Assembly (NCBI GenBank): GCA_015680685.1
Contig: MNCI01002197.1
Location: 211,939-275,938 of the forward strand
Length of the DNA stretch: 64,000 nt
Reading direction: 5' to 3'
Origin: Gnetum montanum
Lineage: Eukaryota > Plantae > Gnetophyta
Shown piece after piece: positions 13,601-26,000 of the stretch. Made by a program: the position numbers and the translations under genes. How positions within the stretch are numbered: position 1 is the first letter of the stretch; every line of letters starts with the position of its first letter. The notes below the pieces were generated by a model, which saw only the letters and a list, made by a program, of their open reading frames with translations, was not told the DNA's origin and did no database searches.

Positions 13601-15300
13601 CATGTAGAATAGTCAAATTCCCTTGCTAATTTTCCAGTGCCCTCCTCTGCTTGAGAAGGCCAAACCTAGATCATCAAGCTAAGTTACTGAAATCAGCTTC
13701 TTTGTGACTATTGGAACATGGCAGACATTGTTAATTACGACTTTTGGCTTTTTTGGTTGTTACAAAACAACATTATCTATACCAGCATTTTTTAACATTT
13801 TTTTGTTTCTGGCATAAACAAGTCCAGACGAGATAGCATTATATGATAAAAACAATGAACGATCAAGGCATATGTAAAATGAGGCACCTGTATCAATCAA
13901 CCACAAATCCATACCACATCCTTCTATTAGGAAAGTGCAAGGTTTGGATACGAGAAAACTAACACCTTCTTGAGCTTGATTCACTTGAAAAGAGGACTCT
14001 AATTTTCCCTTTTCGGTTTTCTCCTGTTTTGCTTTCCATGCATACAAATCCTTCTATATGTGGCCCCTTTTCTTGCAAAACCACCATTACAGATTCCGAT
14101 ATGAGATGTTCCTTTGCTTTTATTTCTTCCCCTAGTATGATAATGTTTTTGGCTCCTCCTGTTGTTTTTAGCCACAAAAGGCATCTTCAGAAGTTTGTGC
14201 TTCATTCAACCCACTGTCAGGGTCCTGCAGAGCAGAAACAACGTGTTGAAAGGTCATAGGAGTGATACTCATGGACGTAGTGATCGAAGTCACTACCGCA
14301 AACCATGAATTTGGTAGAGAATCAAGAAGAGCACGAGCTTTCACTAGATCTGGAATAGAGATTTTATATTCTTCTAACTTAACCAGATTACCCATTATTT
14401 CATCGAGATGATCTTGCAAGGAAACCTCAGGCAATTTCTTAGCTTTAAAAATCTTCTGAAAAATATGAAAAGTATTTACAACCTGTTTTTCAGATTCTGC
14501 CAAAGATCAGCCACCTCAGGCAATTTCTTAGCTTTAAAAACCTTCTGATAAATATGAAAAGTATTTAAGCTAGAAGCTTTATTGAACCTATTTTTCAGAT
14601 TTTGCCAAAGATCATACAGCTACATGTCGTATTTGATAGATTGCAGGATACTGTTGCTGAGACATGGATGGATGTGTTGTAGAGCTTTGACCATTATCTT
14701 AGTTTAGTCTTCATTCTTCATGGAAGCAGGTGTCTTTAGCTTGAGGGCTTCCAGATAGTTTTTTTTTCTCTTTCCTTTTTTTCTGTGCATGCCAAAACAG
14801 TTTTCATTAGAATATACCAAATGTTCCAATTTCGTCCAATGGGTTTGTCCACAGTCTGTAACCTTTCCATTTTCTGTGTGTTGGTTCAGTTCGTTCTGCT
14901 CGCTCGCCTTTCAACATGCTTTGCTCAACTCATTCTGCTTGTATGACTGGTCATCGTAGTGACCACTAATCAAACTTGCAGAACAACCTAGGCAACCTTG
15001 GCGTGCTTTGATCCCTATTGTTAGATAAAAGTGTAGCAAGCCAAAAACAAAAGTGAACAATTTTGTGCATATCACCACTGCTTCACAGTTTAAAGAAAGA
15101 CTGATTTTAGAATTCCCCTAGGTTGAGTGTGTTAGACTGATTTCATGCTTAGTCTTTTGATCTTCCAGTGTAAATGCCACTGGAAGACTTAACCCAATCT
15201 ATGGTCTTTCCAAGCTGCGAGGGATTTTGTGAAAAGGCTTAGCTCCATTCACAAACTGTGAGCAAACAATTTATTATGGACACATGTCTTCCAACATGCC
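13600..15300 (-). mobile_element. Ty1/copia remnant: gag, decayed zinc knuckle, protease, degenerate PBS and 5' LTR end
   Basis: gag SLQDHLDEI...LLDSLPNSW (14168-14503); knuckle FCKKRGHI; protease WLIDTGASFYIC (13760-14047). GCTTTGATCCC near 15005 resembles the reverse of an iMet PBS and is followed by TGTTA. Confidence 0.75.
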
Positions 15301-16559
15301 AAGGATCAAAAACTAATATATCTAATTATATCGATTTAGTGTTATAGACCCTTCAGATATGCCAAAAATCAATGATTTCATCTAGAGGAGTATGATTTGG
15401 AGAAGAAAGAGATCATAGTTTTGTTGTGATAAACAATGAATTAAATTTACAAGCCATCACTCTAATTTATAGAACGGACACCAACTAGCCAAAATCTTCA
15501 CTCAACAGAAACAAAAAACATTATGTTATAAATCAATACTCAAATAAGTCATAGTTTTGATTGATAATTCTTCTTCTAACTTGACATGTTTATCAAATAG
15601 AAGCATGGCGTGCAGGATTGCTCATGATAGGCATGAGAGATGTTATGGCCATGACACAACATAGGATTGCTCAGCATAGGCATAAGACATGTCATGGCCA
15701 TGACACAACATAGGATTACAGAAGTTGTGTTTATTTAGTTTTCTGTCTCAGCAATGTGCCCTTCCTTCAAGACTTGTAACCAACAAACAGAAGGCTGACA
15801 TGTTGCACCAAACATGTCCTAACATTCAACACTTTCAAGTGGAAGCTTTGAATAACTCAATAATTTCTTGACTTGTGCTCTTAGAACAAAAAACTAAACC
15901 ATAGACATGGAGGCTATTAAAAAGCATATTTTGTCAGTCATATTTTGTTATAGATGAGATTAACAAGCTTCTACTGGAAAATAAATTCAGTTGCATTTTA
16001 CTAGTTAGCCTGCCAGCTCTGCTATATTTTGTAATCCATCATTAAAGGCTGTTCCAAATCACAAGCAAGAAGGAAGACATCTGATTGCTAAAAATCAATT
16101 TTCTATCTGAGGCTTCCATGAAGACTTTAAAAATGTTGCAAATTGACATCCAATTTAGTGGGTCAACAAGGCTATTGAGGATATAAGCATATAATCTGTT
16201 TCAGAACTTTTTGCCTGTTTTTTTTTTTCTTTTTTTTGAGAGAATGTTCAGGATTGTATTACTAAAAATATAGTACAAGGAATTACAAAAAGTGGGTCAA
16301 TAGCGTTGGCCCATGTGGGGTGTGGTTACACCCCAAAATCAACATGCCAAACTGTGCATCAGACCGACCACACATCAGTCTTTTTCCCCAAGATGCTCAA
16401 AGTCGACAAACGACTGGGGGGGGGGAACCCAAACCCTGGGGGGGCAAACAAAGTCATTGGGCACTAGGGGGGGGGGGGGGGGTTGTTGGGCAAAAATTGC
16501 AACCCTGCCATGGGCTCATTGGTAGCCTATGGCAGGCATAGTGTAGCCGCTCCAGCGCA

Positions 16560-16765
16560 TGAAGGATGTCCAGTGTGTTATGGAGCTCTGTGTCCACAAA
16601 ACTGGCGGCTTGCTAGATTCCTTGCATGTCCGATTCTCGTTAGTTCCTATCCGCTGTCGACGTCTGCCCATTTGGGTGGAAACGTGTCGAGGTCTGACGG
16701 ATGTGGCGTTTGAGTTCTCCCCAAGTGCTATCACAGTTGATGCCAAGGATGAGGTATGGATACCG
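16560..16765 (-). pseudogene. DnaJ-type J-domain of copy A (HPN variant)
   Basis: RYPYLILGINCDSTWGELKRHIRQTSTRFHPN...MQGI*QAASFVD; HPN at 16670-16678. Confidence 0.75.
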
Positions 16766-19700
16766 TCCACCCCTTAGCCATTGGCGCGCACTATGCTCAT
16801 GTGCCCGGTCCACCTGGCTCTGCCTCTGTGTTTCCTCCTCTTGTTCTCGCTGGCGCTGGGCTCGTTCAGCCTCCTCGTGCTCCCTTCGGGCGGTTTCCTC
16901 CTGAAGTAACTCGTCTCTCACTTGGGCCCGGATCTCGTCCACTAGCCGGGCCCAGGTTGCATCAGCTAGGAGGGTTTGTTGTCTAACCCTCTCCTGCTCC
17001 CTTTCTCGGAACTGGGTTTCTAGCTTGGCCCGGGCCTGCGCAAGGGCTTCTTGTCACTTTGCCTCCCACTCTCGACGCTCAACCTCACATGCCGCGGCTA
17101 CAGCCTCTTGTACCGCTTGTTGCAGCTCCTCGTCCTTGCTTTTGTTGTGCCCCGAGGTTTCAGGTGGCAACGTCTCCAGCTTCGTTGTGGGGTTTGGGGG
17201 TCTTCGTCCTCGTTGGTTGCATCTTTTCTGCGTGTAGGTCACCATTGGTTGGGTCCAAAGGCTCTCCCGGCTGGCCTAAAGGGGTGAACCAAGCGGGGGG
17301 CCTCCTCGTGGGGGGGCAATCTACGACTTCGATGGGTTTTGCCCCCCGCTGCCCCCCGCTATAGGGCCAGGATGAGCCCTGAGTGACGGCCTCGCCTTTG
17401 CAGTTGTAGGGTTGTCAGAAAAAACTAGGGCAAGTTAACCCTACGTCTTAATTTAAGGCATTGGAGGAAGGCAAAGTGGATGCCCTGAAGTTTGGATTCA
17501 TTGCTAGACTAGACAAAATATCTATCCACGAAATCCACTGCTCGGGCCCAGATTTGGGGCAGGGAAGATTTGGGCACTTGTCTGCTCTGCGTGCGTGGCA
17601 CCGGCCCATCAAAGAACATTTGCGCATCTTGTAGCTTGTGTGCAGAGGGTAAGATGATTTCACCATCGGCTTGGGCCCCTAGACACCTAGCAATCAAAGC
17701 TTCTGTGACAATGACCTCTCTCCCCTGAAAATAGGTACGATCGTTGTGCCAGTTGGTGAAGAAATCGTCATCTAACAGGTCCGAGTCCCCAACTAGCTGT
17801 TGTAGGGCGCTGCTCCAGCCGCAATGTTCCACCAATTGCCAGAGTTCTTCCTCCTGGAACACGGCGTAGTTAGGTTCGTATGTTGGCATGACGCCCATCG
17901 CTGCCTCGATCTCTTTCCACGCACTTTGAGCCTAGGAAACCACCAGTCGGGGGGGGNAGACTGTGCGGTTTCTTGTCTTCCATGCTATCCATAAAAGTAG
18001 CGTGGCCTGAGAGCCACCGGTGAGGCGCATTGGGGGTGCCACCCCTGCAGAGTGCCACGTGGCTCGCATGTAGGCGTAGTTGGATGTGAAGTGTTATACC
18101 GTTTCGGGTGCAGCACCACACAAGGGACGTGTCGTCTATAATGAGGCCCCATCTACGCAAAACCGTGCGAATTGGCAGCACATCATGCCATATCAGCCCC
18201 AGGAACATTTTGATTTTCTCGGGGAGCCGCCCCCTCCAAATTTGTCACCAGCCCGGTGCCTGTGGGTACTTTGTTGTCATCAGGCAGTGCGATGCATGCC
18301 CCAACCACCTCTGTGTTTGCATTTCGTGCACGTGGTGGCAAAGCGTTTGCCAGGGTCTTGAGTCCTACGCCCCCGCCTCCCAACGATGATATTTTGCATT
18401 CATAATGCGGATCCACTGGGCTGGTTCCCTAAGCGGGCATGTAAATTGGAGTAACAGGCGCTGTTGTCCCATCATGAGCTTGTCTTTGAATTTGGATATG
18501 CCTAGCCCTCCCATGTTACGGGGGTGCGCGACCTAGTCCCAATTTACAAGGTGGATTTTGCCGCCCCCTCTGTCCCCCATCCAGACAAATCGCCGGATTT
18601 GCATGTTGAGTGTGTTAACAATGGCATTTGGAGGGTTGGCGACTACCGCAACAAACCGTGTTATCGTCGTAAAAATCCCCAATGCCACCACCAATTGCCC
18701 CTTTCTGGTCAGGAAACGATTGGCTTAGTGTCCCATCCTTCTTTCAACCTTCTCCAACAATGTACCCCAAGAAATGCTCCACCCCCACTCAAAGAGTGGG
18801 ATACCCAGGTAGGTGTCTTTGACTGTTCCGGGCAGAATGTTTAGGACCTGTACGACTTGGTTCTTAATCTAGGTATCCACATTGATAAAATGGGTTGTTG
18901 ACTTAGCCTTGTTAATATCTAGTCCCAGCTCGTCTACTAACTGAGACATGTGACGTTGATGCATTGTGCTTGTGGGACCCCCGCATGACTAAGCAACATT
19001 GTATCATCTGCATAGTGTTCAGCTCGACATTCCACCCCTGCAATGTCAAGGTTGTTAACCCCTGACCTCCTACAATAATGTTGCATCATATCCATAGTGA
19101 TAATGAACTGCAGGGGTGAGAGGGGGTCCCCCTACCATAATCCCCGCCTAGGTGAGGAAAGACCCCACAAGTGCCCCCCCACATCAAAGGAGAAACCTGC
19201 AGATGATTGCATGTGGATGGACAGCTGGACAAAACCCAGGTCAAACCCCTTTCGTTGCATAATGGCGGTCAGGGTTTCCCAGCTGATTGTATCATATGCC
19301 TTGGTGATGTCGAGTTTGAGACAGAGCCCTAGGAAACCCATTATTTGGAGAGAATGAAACACCTCCTGCATGAGAAGAACCTGGTCCTGCAGGGTTCGGC
19401 CTTGCACAAAACTTGTTTGGTTCACTCCCACTAACTTGGGCATTAGCAGCGCAAGCCTACGGACGATCAACTTGGAGAAAACCCGAATCAAAACATTGCA
19501 TACCTCGATAGGGCGAAAGTGTTTTGGACGGTGCACCTCCGTTTGCTTTGGGATGCACACTATTTGAGAACAATTGAGCTCCCTTCGGACCTGCCTCTTG
19601 GCCAGCATGAGGTTGAAAGTGTCCAGAATATTGGGTCCCACAATATCTAGGAAGGTCTTAAAGAATTCCAGGCTCCAACCATCTGGGCCAGATGCCTTCC

Positions 19701-22359
19701 CTCCTGGCATGTCGCTGATGGTTGCGATGAGTTCTTGCCATGTGAACGGGGTCAACAGCTGAGCGTTATCCTCCTCGTTTAGCTCCTATTGAATTTGGAC
19801 CGATATGGGCTTGGTAGGTCGTTTGGCCCAGATCCTCTCCCAGTACTGTGCCAGCTCCCGAGTGACGTTGTGGTTCATCAATTATCCCCCCCTTCATGGT
19901 GTGTAAACAACGTGGCTGGCTCCATCCTTGTGTCTTCGCGACGGCAAAGAAAAAGTTCGTTTGCCTATCCCCTTCTTGGAGCCATCTAATCCATGACCAT
20001 TGTTTCCAGTATGTCTCCTCTTCTAAGTCAAGGCCTTGAAGTTGTCGTAGAATGTTCTGCTCTTCTTCATGTAAGTTCTCCCCAGTCTCCTGTCTGGTCT
20101 AAATTTGAATTAGCCTATCCTGGAGCACCCTGTGGCCCGTTCTGAACAAGAATTTATCCTCCACTGGTAGGGCTCAGATAGCCCATTTCAGGTGAAGCAA
20201 ACCATCTTTGAGGAAGTCCCTGGGGTCTCCCTGGCCTGGCTGGTAGTTTGCCCAAATGTCCTCAACTAATGGCCTCAATCATGGTTTAGCCAACTAGGTT
20301 GCCTCAAATTGAAAAGGTTGCGGGGTCTGGGGCCTTTCAGGTCCGAGTGAACAAACCAGGGATCGATGGTCCAAGGCGACCCGTTCTTGCCCCGTAACCC
20401 GCACAGCCAAGCGGAGGAGGAGGTCGGAATTGATGCAGACTTGGTCAATTCTAGAGAGGATGCGGTCTAGACCTTTCCTCCTATTGCTCCAGGTGAATTG
20501 GCAGTTCTCAATGGGCAGGTCTACCAGTGAGTGGACCACCAGGAAATCCTGAAACTCTTGTGTGCCCAGAGGGGGGGCGTCCCCACTGGACTTCTCCCAC
20601 GGATGCAGTCTTTGATTGAAGTCCCCAACTATTAGCCATGCTAGGCGATCTTTTACTAGCACTGCTACACGTTCCATCTCCTATAGCCTCTGCTCCCATG
20701 TCTGCACCCCATAGAAGTTGGTCAGCCAAACCCCTTGGGATGGGATATGGACTGTCATGGTTGATTGTGAGGAGTCAACCAGCGTCATGTCGTAGTGGGC
20801 TAAGATAGCAAGACCGCTTGGTCGATCCACGCAAGGGTGCACGTGGGATTTTCAGCCATCCCAAAGGAGATGGTGTGATTCTGTCGCCTGTAGCTTGGTT
20901 TCTTGGAGGCATATGATGTCACAATCTTCATCACGGACAATTTGACTCATGGTATTTCTTTTATAGGGTGTACCCTGCCCCCTACAATTCCAACTGAAGA
21001 TCTTCATGTACGCCCAGATGAGCGACATTGGTAGACCTCCCGAAGGGTCTTCTGTAAACCCAAGTCAATGTTTCATTGAGCTTGTCTAGCCTTGGACAAG
21101 CTCTCACTTGGGCATCTGGGGCAGCTCTCCCCCTCCTGTACCACTGGGCTGTAGCCTGAGTCCTTGGATGTAGGCTCTTTCTCTGGGGGCTGATGGGACT
21201 TGGTGCTCCCCCTAACCACATTAACCCATTCGCCCAGGGGGGAGCACTATCCCTGGCATCGTTGGGTCAGCTGATGACAATGGTGGTGAGTTGTGGGGGG
21301 TGTTGGTGTCAGGGTTATGGGCTGGTTGTGGCGGGGTAGGTTAGAGGCGCAGTGGAGAGTGTCGCGGNNNNNNNNNNNGTGGGGAAGGGGTGGGGCGGTT
21401 GGTCTGGAGGGGGGTGCAGTCGGCCCTTACGGCCCACCGTGACCCAGTCCCCGCTCTCAACAAGCTGTCGGGCTTGGTTCCGCGGCCGCATTGGTCTGGC
21501 CCTCCAAACCTAGCAATCCTCCTCTTGGTGCCCGGGTTTCCCACACCATGCATAACCTTCTCCCCAGCCCTCTCGGGTCTTCGGTCTTCGTTCTAGGTCT
21601 GGCTCTGCCTCCAGGTTTTCAAACTCAACTTGGAGTTGTTCCTCCCCTCCTGGGAGTTCTAGCACTATTTCCCGAATCAGGTCCTTGGCCGATAGACTTC
21701 GTCACATGCAGAAATGGGTGAAACCCATGCGCGCCATCGACTGCGTGACTCTATCGAAAGTTATGAACTTCCCAAAGAACCCCGCCATCCGTTCCAGGAA
21801 CTCTAGGTTCCACATCTCCCATGGGATCCTGGACACCCTAATCCACATCGGGGCCCGGGCAAACGGGTCTGTCTCCCGGTGCACCCTGGGGCACCAAGGG
21901 GTTAAAGCTAGCCCTCGAGCATCGTAGAACCACGGTCCCCCCAGTAACACCATGTCCCGAGTTTGCTGGGACGGAAAAATGAATAGCAATAGATCCTCAG
22001 ACAAGCTCCGCACTTCCACTTGGCCCACTTTCCAGTTTTTATGTAGCCACCTATGGATGAGCTCCATCCGTGGGTGAGCACCCCTAGACACAAACCGGCC
22101 AATGAGGCTCCTTTTCATAGTGTGGACTCCCTCCCTCAGGGGGCCATTGACCCGGAGGCACATGGTGTGGTCGGCATGGGAGTGTGCCTCGATCTCCCCA
22201 TCGGGTACTCGCAATGCGTCCCCCCCTTGGTTCTGTTTCTCCTTGTTTCCCTATTGTTCACTGCCGTCTGAGAGTCTCAGGTTAGCGTGTTCCACTTCAG
22301 TGTCAGTTGGTTTACCTTTGGTCACCCCAGCGCTCACCTGAACCGTCGCTCTTGCGCTT

Positions 22360-22469
22360 GTCTCCACTCCTGCGTGCTCCTGTGCCGCCGCTCCTGTGTG
22401 CTCCTGTGTCTCCGCTCCTGTGTGCTCCTGTGTCTCCGCTCCTGTGTGCTCTTGTGTCTCTGCGCCCAT
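22360..22469 (-). repeat. 24-bp coding tandem repeat at the ORF1 N-terminus of copy A
   Basis: CTCCTGTGTGCTCCTGTGTCTCCG units encode (GAETQEHT) about four times. Confidence 0.85.
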
Positions 22470-23028
22470 CTCACCCTATAGTTTAGGCTTGTTTTGGTGA
22501 GTGATGATACATCACATCATGTGTTGCCTGGTTTTTATATATATTGAAATTTGATGCCATTTCATGTATAGCTTATTAGCTTGGATATTATCTATAGTTG
22601 TAGCAGTTCCCTAAAGAAAGAAGTGATGTCATGAGAACTCTTTTGCCCTATACTTTTTTGTTGTTGCCAAGCATACATTTTTCGGGTGCTATGGATAGCC
22701 TATCAAATCTAGGAAAATTTTAGAGGTTTCCTTTTCTGCTCCATTCATTGAAGGGTATTTTCCTTTGCATTTATGTCCTAGCAAACAAAAAACAAGAACT
22801 GCCATAAAAAGAAGGCATATCGTGAGAAAGTGAAATAATTCTATTTAGTGCGTAAATCTACCAAATTTGTGAATTTATAATACATTTGGAAGTAATATAC
22901 AAAACTCTTGAACTGTGGCTTAAATAGTTATTTAACAAATAGTTTATTGATTAAAATATATGTTCTATTACACCTTCATTTGTATTGCTTTTATGTTTTG
23001 AAAACTAATATTTTACAGATTTCTCTCC

Positions 23029-26000
23029 TTTTTTTCGTGAAAAGGTCAAGGATTAAATTAAGAGAAAGTAATTACAAAATTACACCATCTGGTGGGGGGT
23101 GGTGGAACTACAGGGGTTCAAAACCCCTCGAGGTGGGGGAGGAAAACCCTGACATTTGACAAAATGTAGAACATAGCAAACAAAACACTATCTCCCCTGT
23201 GGGATTGAAACAACCAAAAAATGGGGGCACTTGGTCCTAAAAACAAAACTGACCCATCATTCGGCTCTTCGTAGCATTACATTCGAAACCGTACCCTATG
23301 AAACCCAATGCCCTCATTGGGCAACCCCTCTTGGTCCTTGTGAAAAAAGTTATCTGGTAGATCTTGGCAGCTTGGTAGGGGCAAATAGCCTTTTCCTGGG
23401 CATGTATCATGTCCAGAACCACCTGGTAGTGTTTCGATGCAACAAATGCAATAGCCTTCTAAAATTCCTTGTATTTCTCCTCATGTTGTTGTTTGGTTGC
23501 TTCTATGGTGGCCTTATCTGGATGGAACTTAGTGGAAGTTGTCCTGATACATCTCCTTAGCCTAGCCCATGAGATGTTGCGATTTATGCCCATAACCATG
23601 TATGGGTATCTCCCTATGCAAAACCATTGCTGGGCATTGGCCTCATGTGTAGCCTCTTGATTTCTTTTAATTTGTTCCTCCTCTAGAAGGGCCCTAACTC
23701 GGTGTTCTTCCTCTTCCTCTTTTTGAAGCCATTCCTACTCTTCCTAGCGTAGATCCTCTTTGATTTGCTCTTGAAACTGCTCCTACATGGTGCTTCTAAG
23801 CACAACATCTTGCAACTCCTTTTGGCACCACTCCTCCACTGTTGTGTCTTTGAGTTGCCATTCTTTCTCTTGTCGCTTGGCCTTGACCTCCTCTTCATGT
23901 TGCTGCATCTTAGCTTCCTAGTGTGCCTGTTCCTCAGCCTTGACCTTAGTGATGGCCTTATGGAGGTCAGCCTCAAACTTACTTTGCAGCTCCCTACAAA
24001 TATGGTCTTTAGTGGTTTGGATTTGCTCCTGCAAAGATGGCGGCCGACCTGTGGTGGAGACCTACCAATCAAAGTCTTCCCCTAGCCCCACCAGTTCCAC
24101 TCTTTCCTCCAAAAAGGCCCTTGCAAAGGAAGATGACTCTCCCTCCTATGAGGGTTTGCATCTTATATATGTCATAGTGATAAACATGGGCTTTGTCGAT
24201 GGTGGTTTCACAGGCTGCGTTGCTTTCCATAGGCTAGAATTAGATTGGAGTGGCGTTCTCTTCTTCCCCATCGAAGCGATGCCAGGAAGAATTTTGGGAG
24301 GTTAGGTGGCTGGCCCATTTGCATGCAGCGGAGAAAGGCGAAGTGTGCCCCCTGAAGCTTCCACATGTTCTCCAATAGGATGAAAAATCATTCCACAAGC
24401 TCTACAATATCCTGCTAGAGAGGGGGCAAGGCCAACTTGGGGACTTGGATACTCTTGGTCTTTGGGGACCAGTTCGGGGAAGAAACTTTCAGTGTCTTGG
24501 AGCCCTTGCCCCGAGGGCAACGCCTCCTACTGTGCAGTTGAGAGATCGAGATAATCCACAATGTCCATCTTGTTAGCTAGATACAGACACCTCGAAAGGT
24601 AGTGGAATTCCCCCTCTAGTGTGAGAAGAATGAAGCATTAGTGAGATTTGGGTTGCTAGCAAGATGGGGAAGAACGTCTTCCCATCCCATCTGCACCACT
24701 AACCCCCATAGTGGCTGGTTGGCCTTGAAGCTTTAATAATCTAGCTCAAAGGTAGGTGTAACCCCCATGGTAGCTGTGGTCTCTTGTTAGAGTCTGGAAG
24801 CACAAAGAGTAATATTTGCAGGTGATGGTAAGGGCACGACTTGAAAGACGTGTTCGTTCCTAGCCCGCCAAAGCATCAAAGCAAAATCTAGAGGATTGCT
24901 TTGGCAGGAGAATCCCCATGCAACTATTTCATGATCCCCAAGGTTGCCCAAATCGTTTTGGAGAATGGGCAAAGAAACACAAAATGGTGGATGGTTTCAA
25001 TAACATTGTGGTAGACACGTGTTGTTTATAAGGAGGCCATGCTCTTGGAGCAGTTTTTGTATTGGCAGAACCCCTTGGCTGATTAACCATAAGAAGCATT
25101 TAATTTTCTTGGGCAGGCGGCCTTTCCAAATATCCTTCCCTCAAGCCATGGAGTATTTACTCTTCATAATTTCCCACGGTTGAGCTTCCAGCAGTCCCAT
25201 CTAAGCTAGCTATTGGGCAACTGCATAGATACTTTGCCAGAGGCGGGAGTCCTAAGGATTAGCCTACCATGGAGTATATTTTCTTCTAAGGATTGTTGCC
25301 TAGTGTCTCCCTGCCTTGTCACACAGGAAGCGGTTGATGAGGAATTGGTATCCCATGAGAACATCCTGGAACCCCATCACTCCCAGGCCCTCGAAGTGTT
25401 TAGGCCACACCACTTGTTCCTAGTAGACCAGGTGCATTTAGTCTCCTCCCTTTCCTCCAGGTGAAATGAAGTTGTGGACAATCTAGTCAATTTTGGCGGT
25501 GACTCCTTTGGGAGGGGTAGCAACTGAAGCTGTGTACCTTCCTATCACCAATAGGATAGATGAAGCCAGGAGTATTCTCCTCTTCTTGGTTAGGAATCTA
25601 GAGGTCTAGTGTTGCACTTTGGTTTGTATTCTTTGTATTACACTAGTTTAGGTATTCTTGCGATGCCATGCAAACATGGGCACTCCTAGGTATGCATCCT
25701 GCAAGATCCCCAAGGTCCTGCATATCCATCCTGTTACTACTATGTTGGTGTAGAAGAAATGGGCCATGGACTTTCCCCATTTGATAGTGAGCTCAATCTC
25801 TTTGGACATTCTCTGGAGGGCTATGGATATCGCTTCTGCCTATGGAACCACCGCCAGTGTGACAAGAATCATATCATTTGCATAGTGCTTAGTGATACAC
25901 ATGATCCCCTCAATGTTCAGACCTCGGATGCCTTTAGCTCTATAATATGTATACATAGTGTTAATTGCGATGATAAATAGGTATGAAGATAGGGTGTCCC

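Larger units (their letters stand above)
16218..22480 (-). mobile_element. L1-clade LINE, J-domain family, copy A (near full length)
   Basis: ORF1 has DUF4283-like sequence (21702-22214) and a CCHC knuckle. ORF2 starts MKIFSWNCRG at 21007, with RT EHYADDT near 19010 and zf-RVT near 18050-18250. The extension runs 17990-16510. Poly(A) is the T-run 16218-16237. TSD not established. Confidence 0.92.

Noticed and set aside
12301-15720. Short direct repeats (40, 168, ~90 and 49 bp) as a CRISPR-like or functional array
   Set aside because: Each is a two-copy tandem duplication without unique spacers, inside TE debris in a eukaryotic context.
17240-17400. Programmed -1 frameshift between the transposon-like domain and the coiled coil/J-domain (net -1 offset in copies A, B and D)
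   Set aside because: The shift falls at different positions: at ILA(L)W in B, but downstream of that position in A and D. No shared slippery site is visible, so independent decay is the simpler explanation.
22480-22660. Candidate TSD for copy A (TTGCCTG at 22524, or AGAACTCTTTTGCC at 22634)
   Set aside because: Both matches to the 16203-16220 flank are short or imperfect, so the 5' boundary cannot be fixed.
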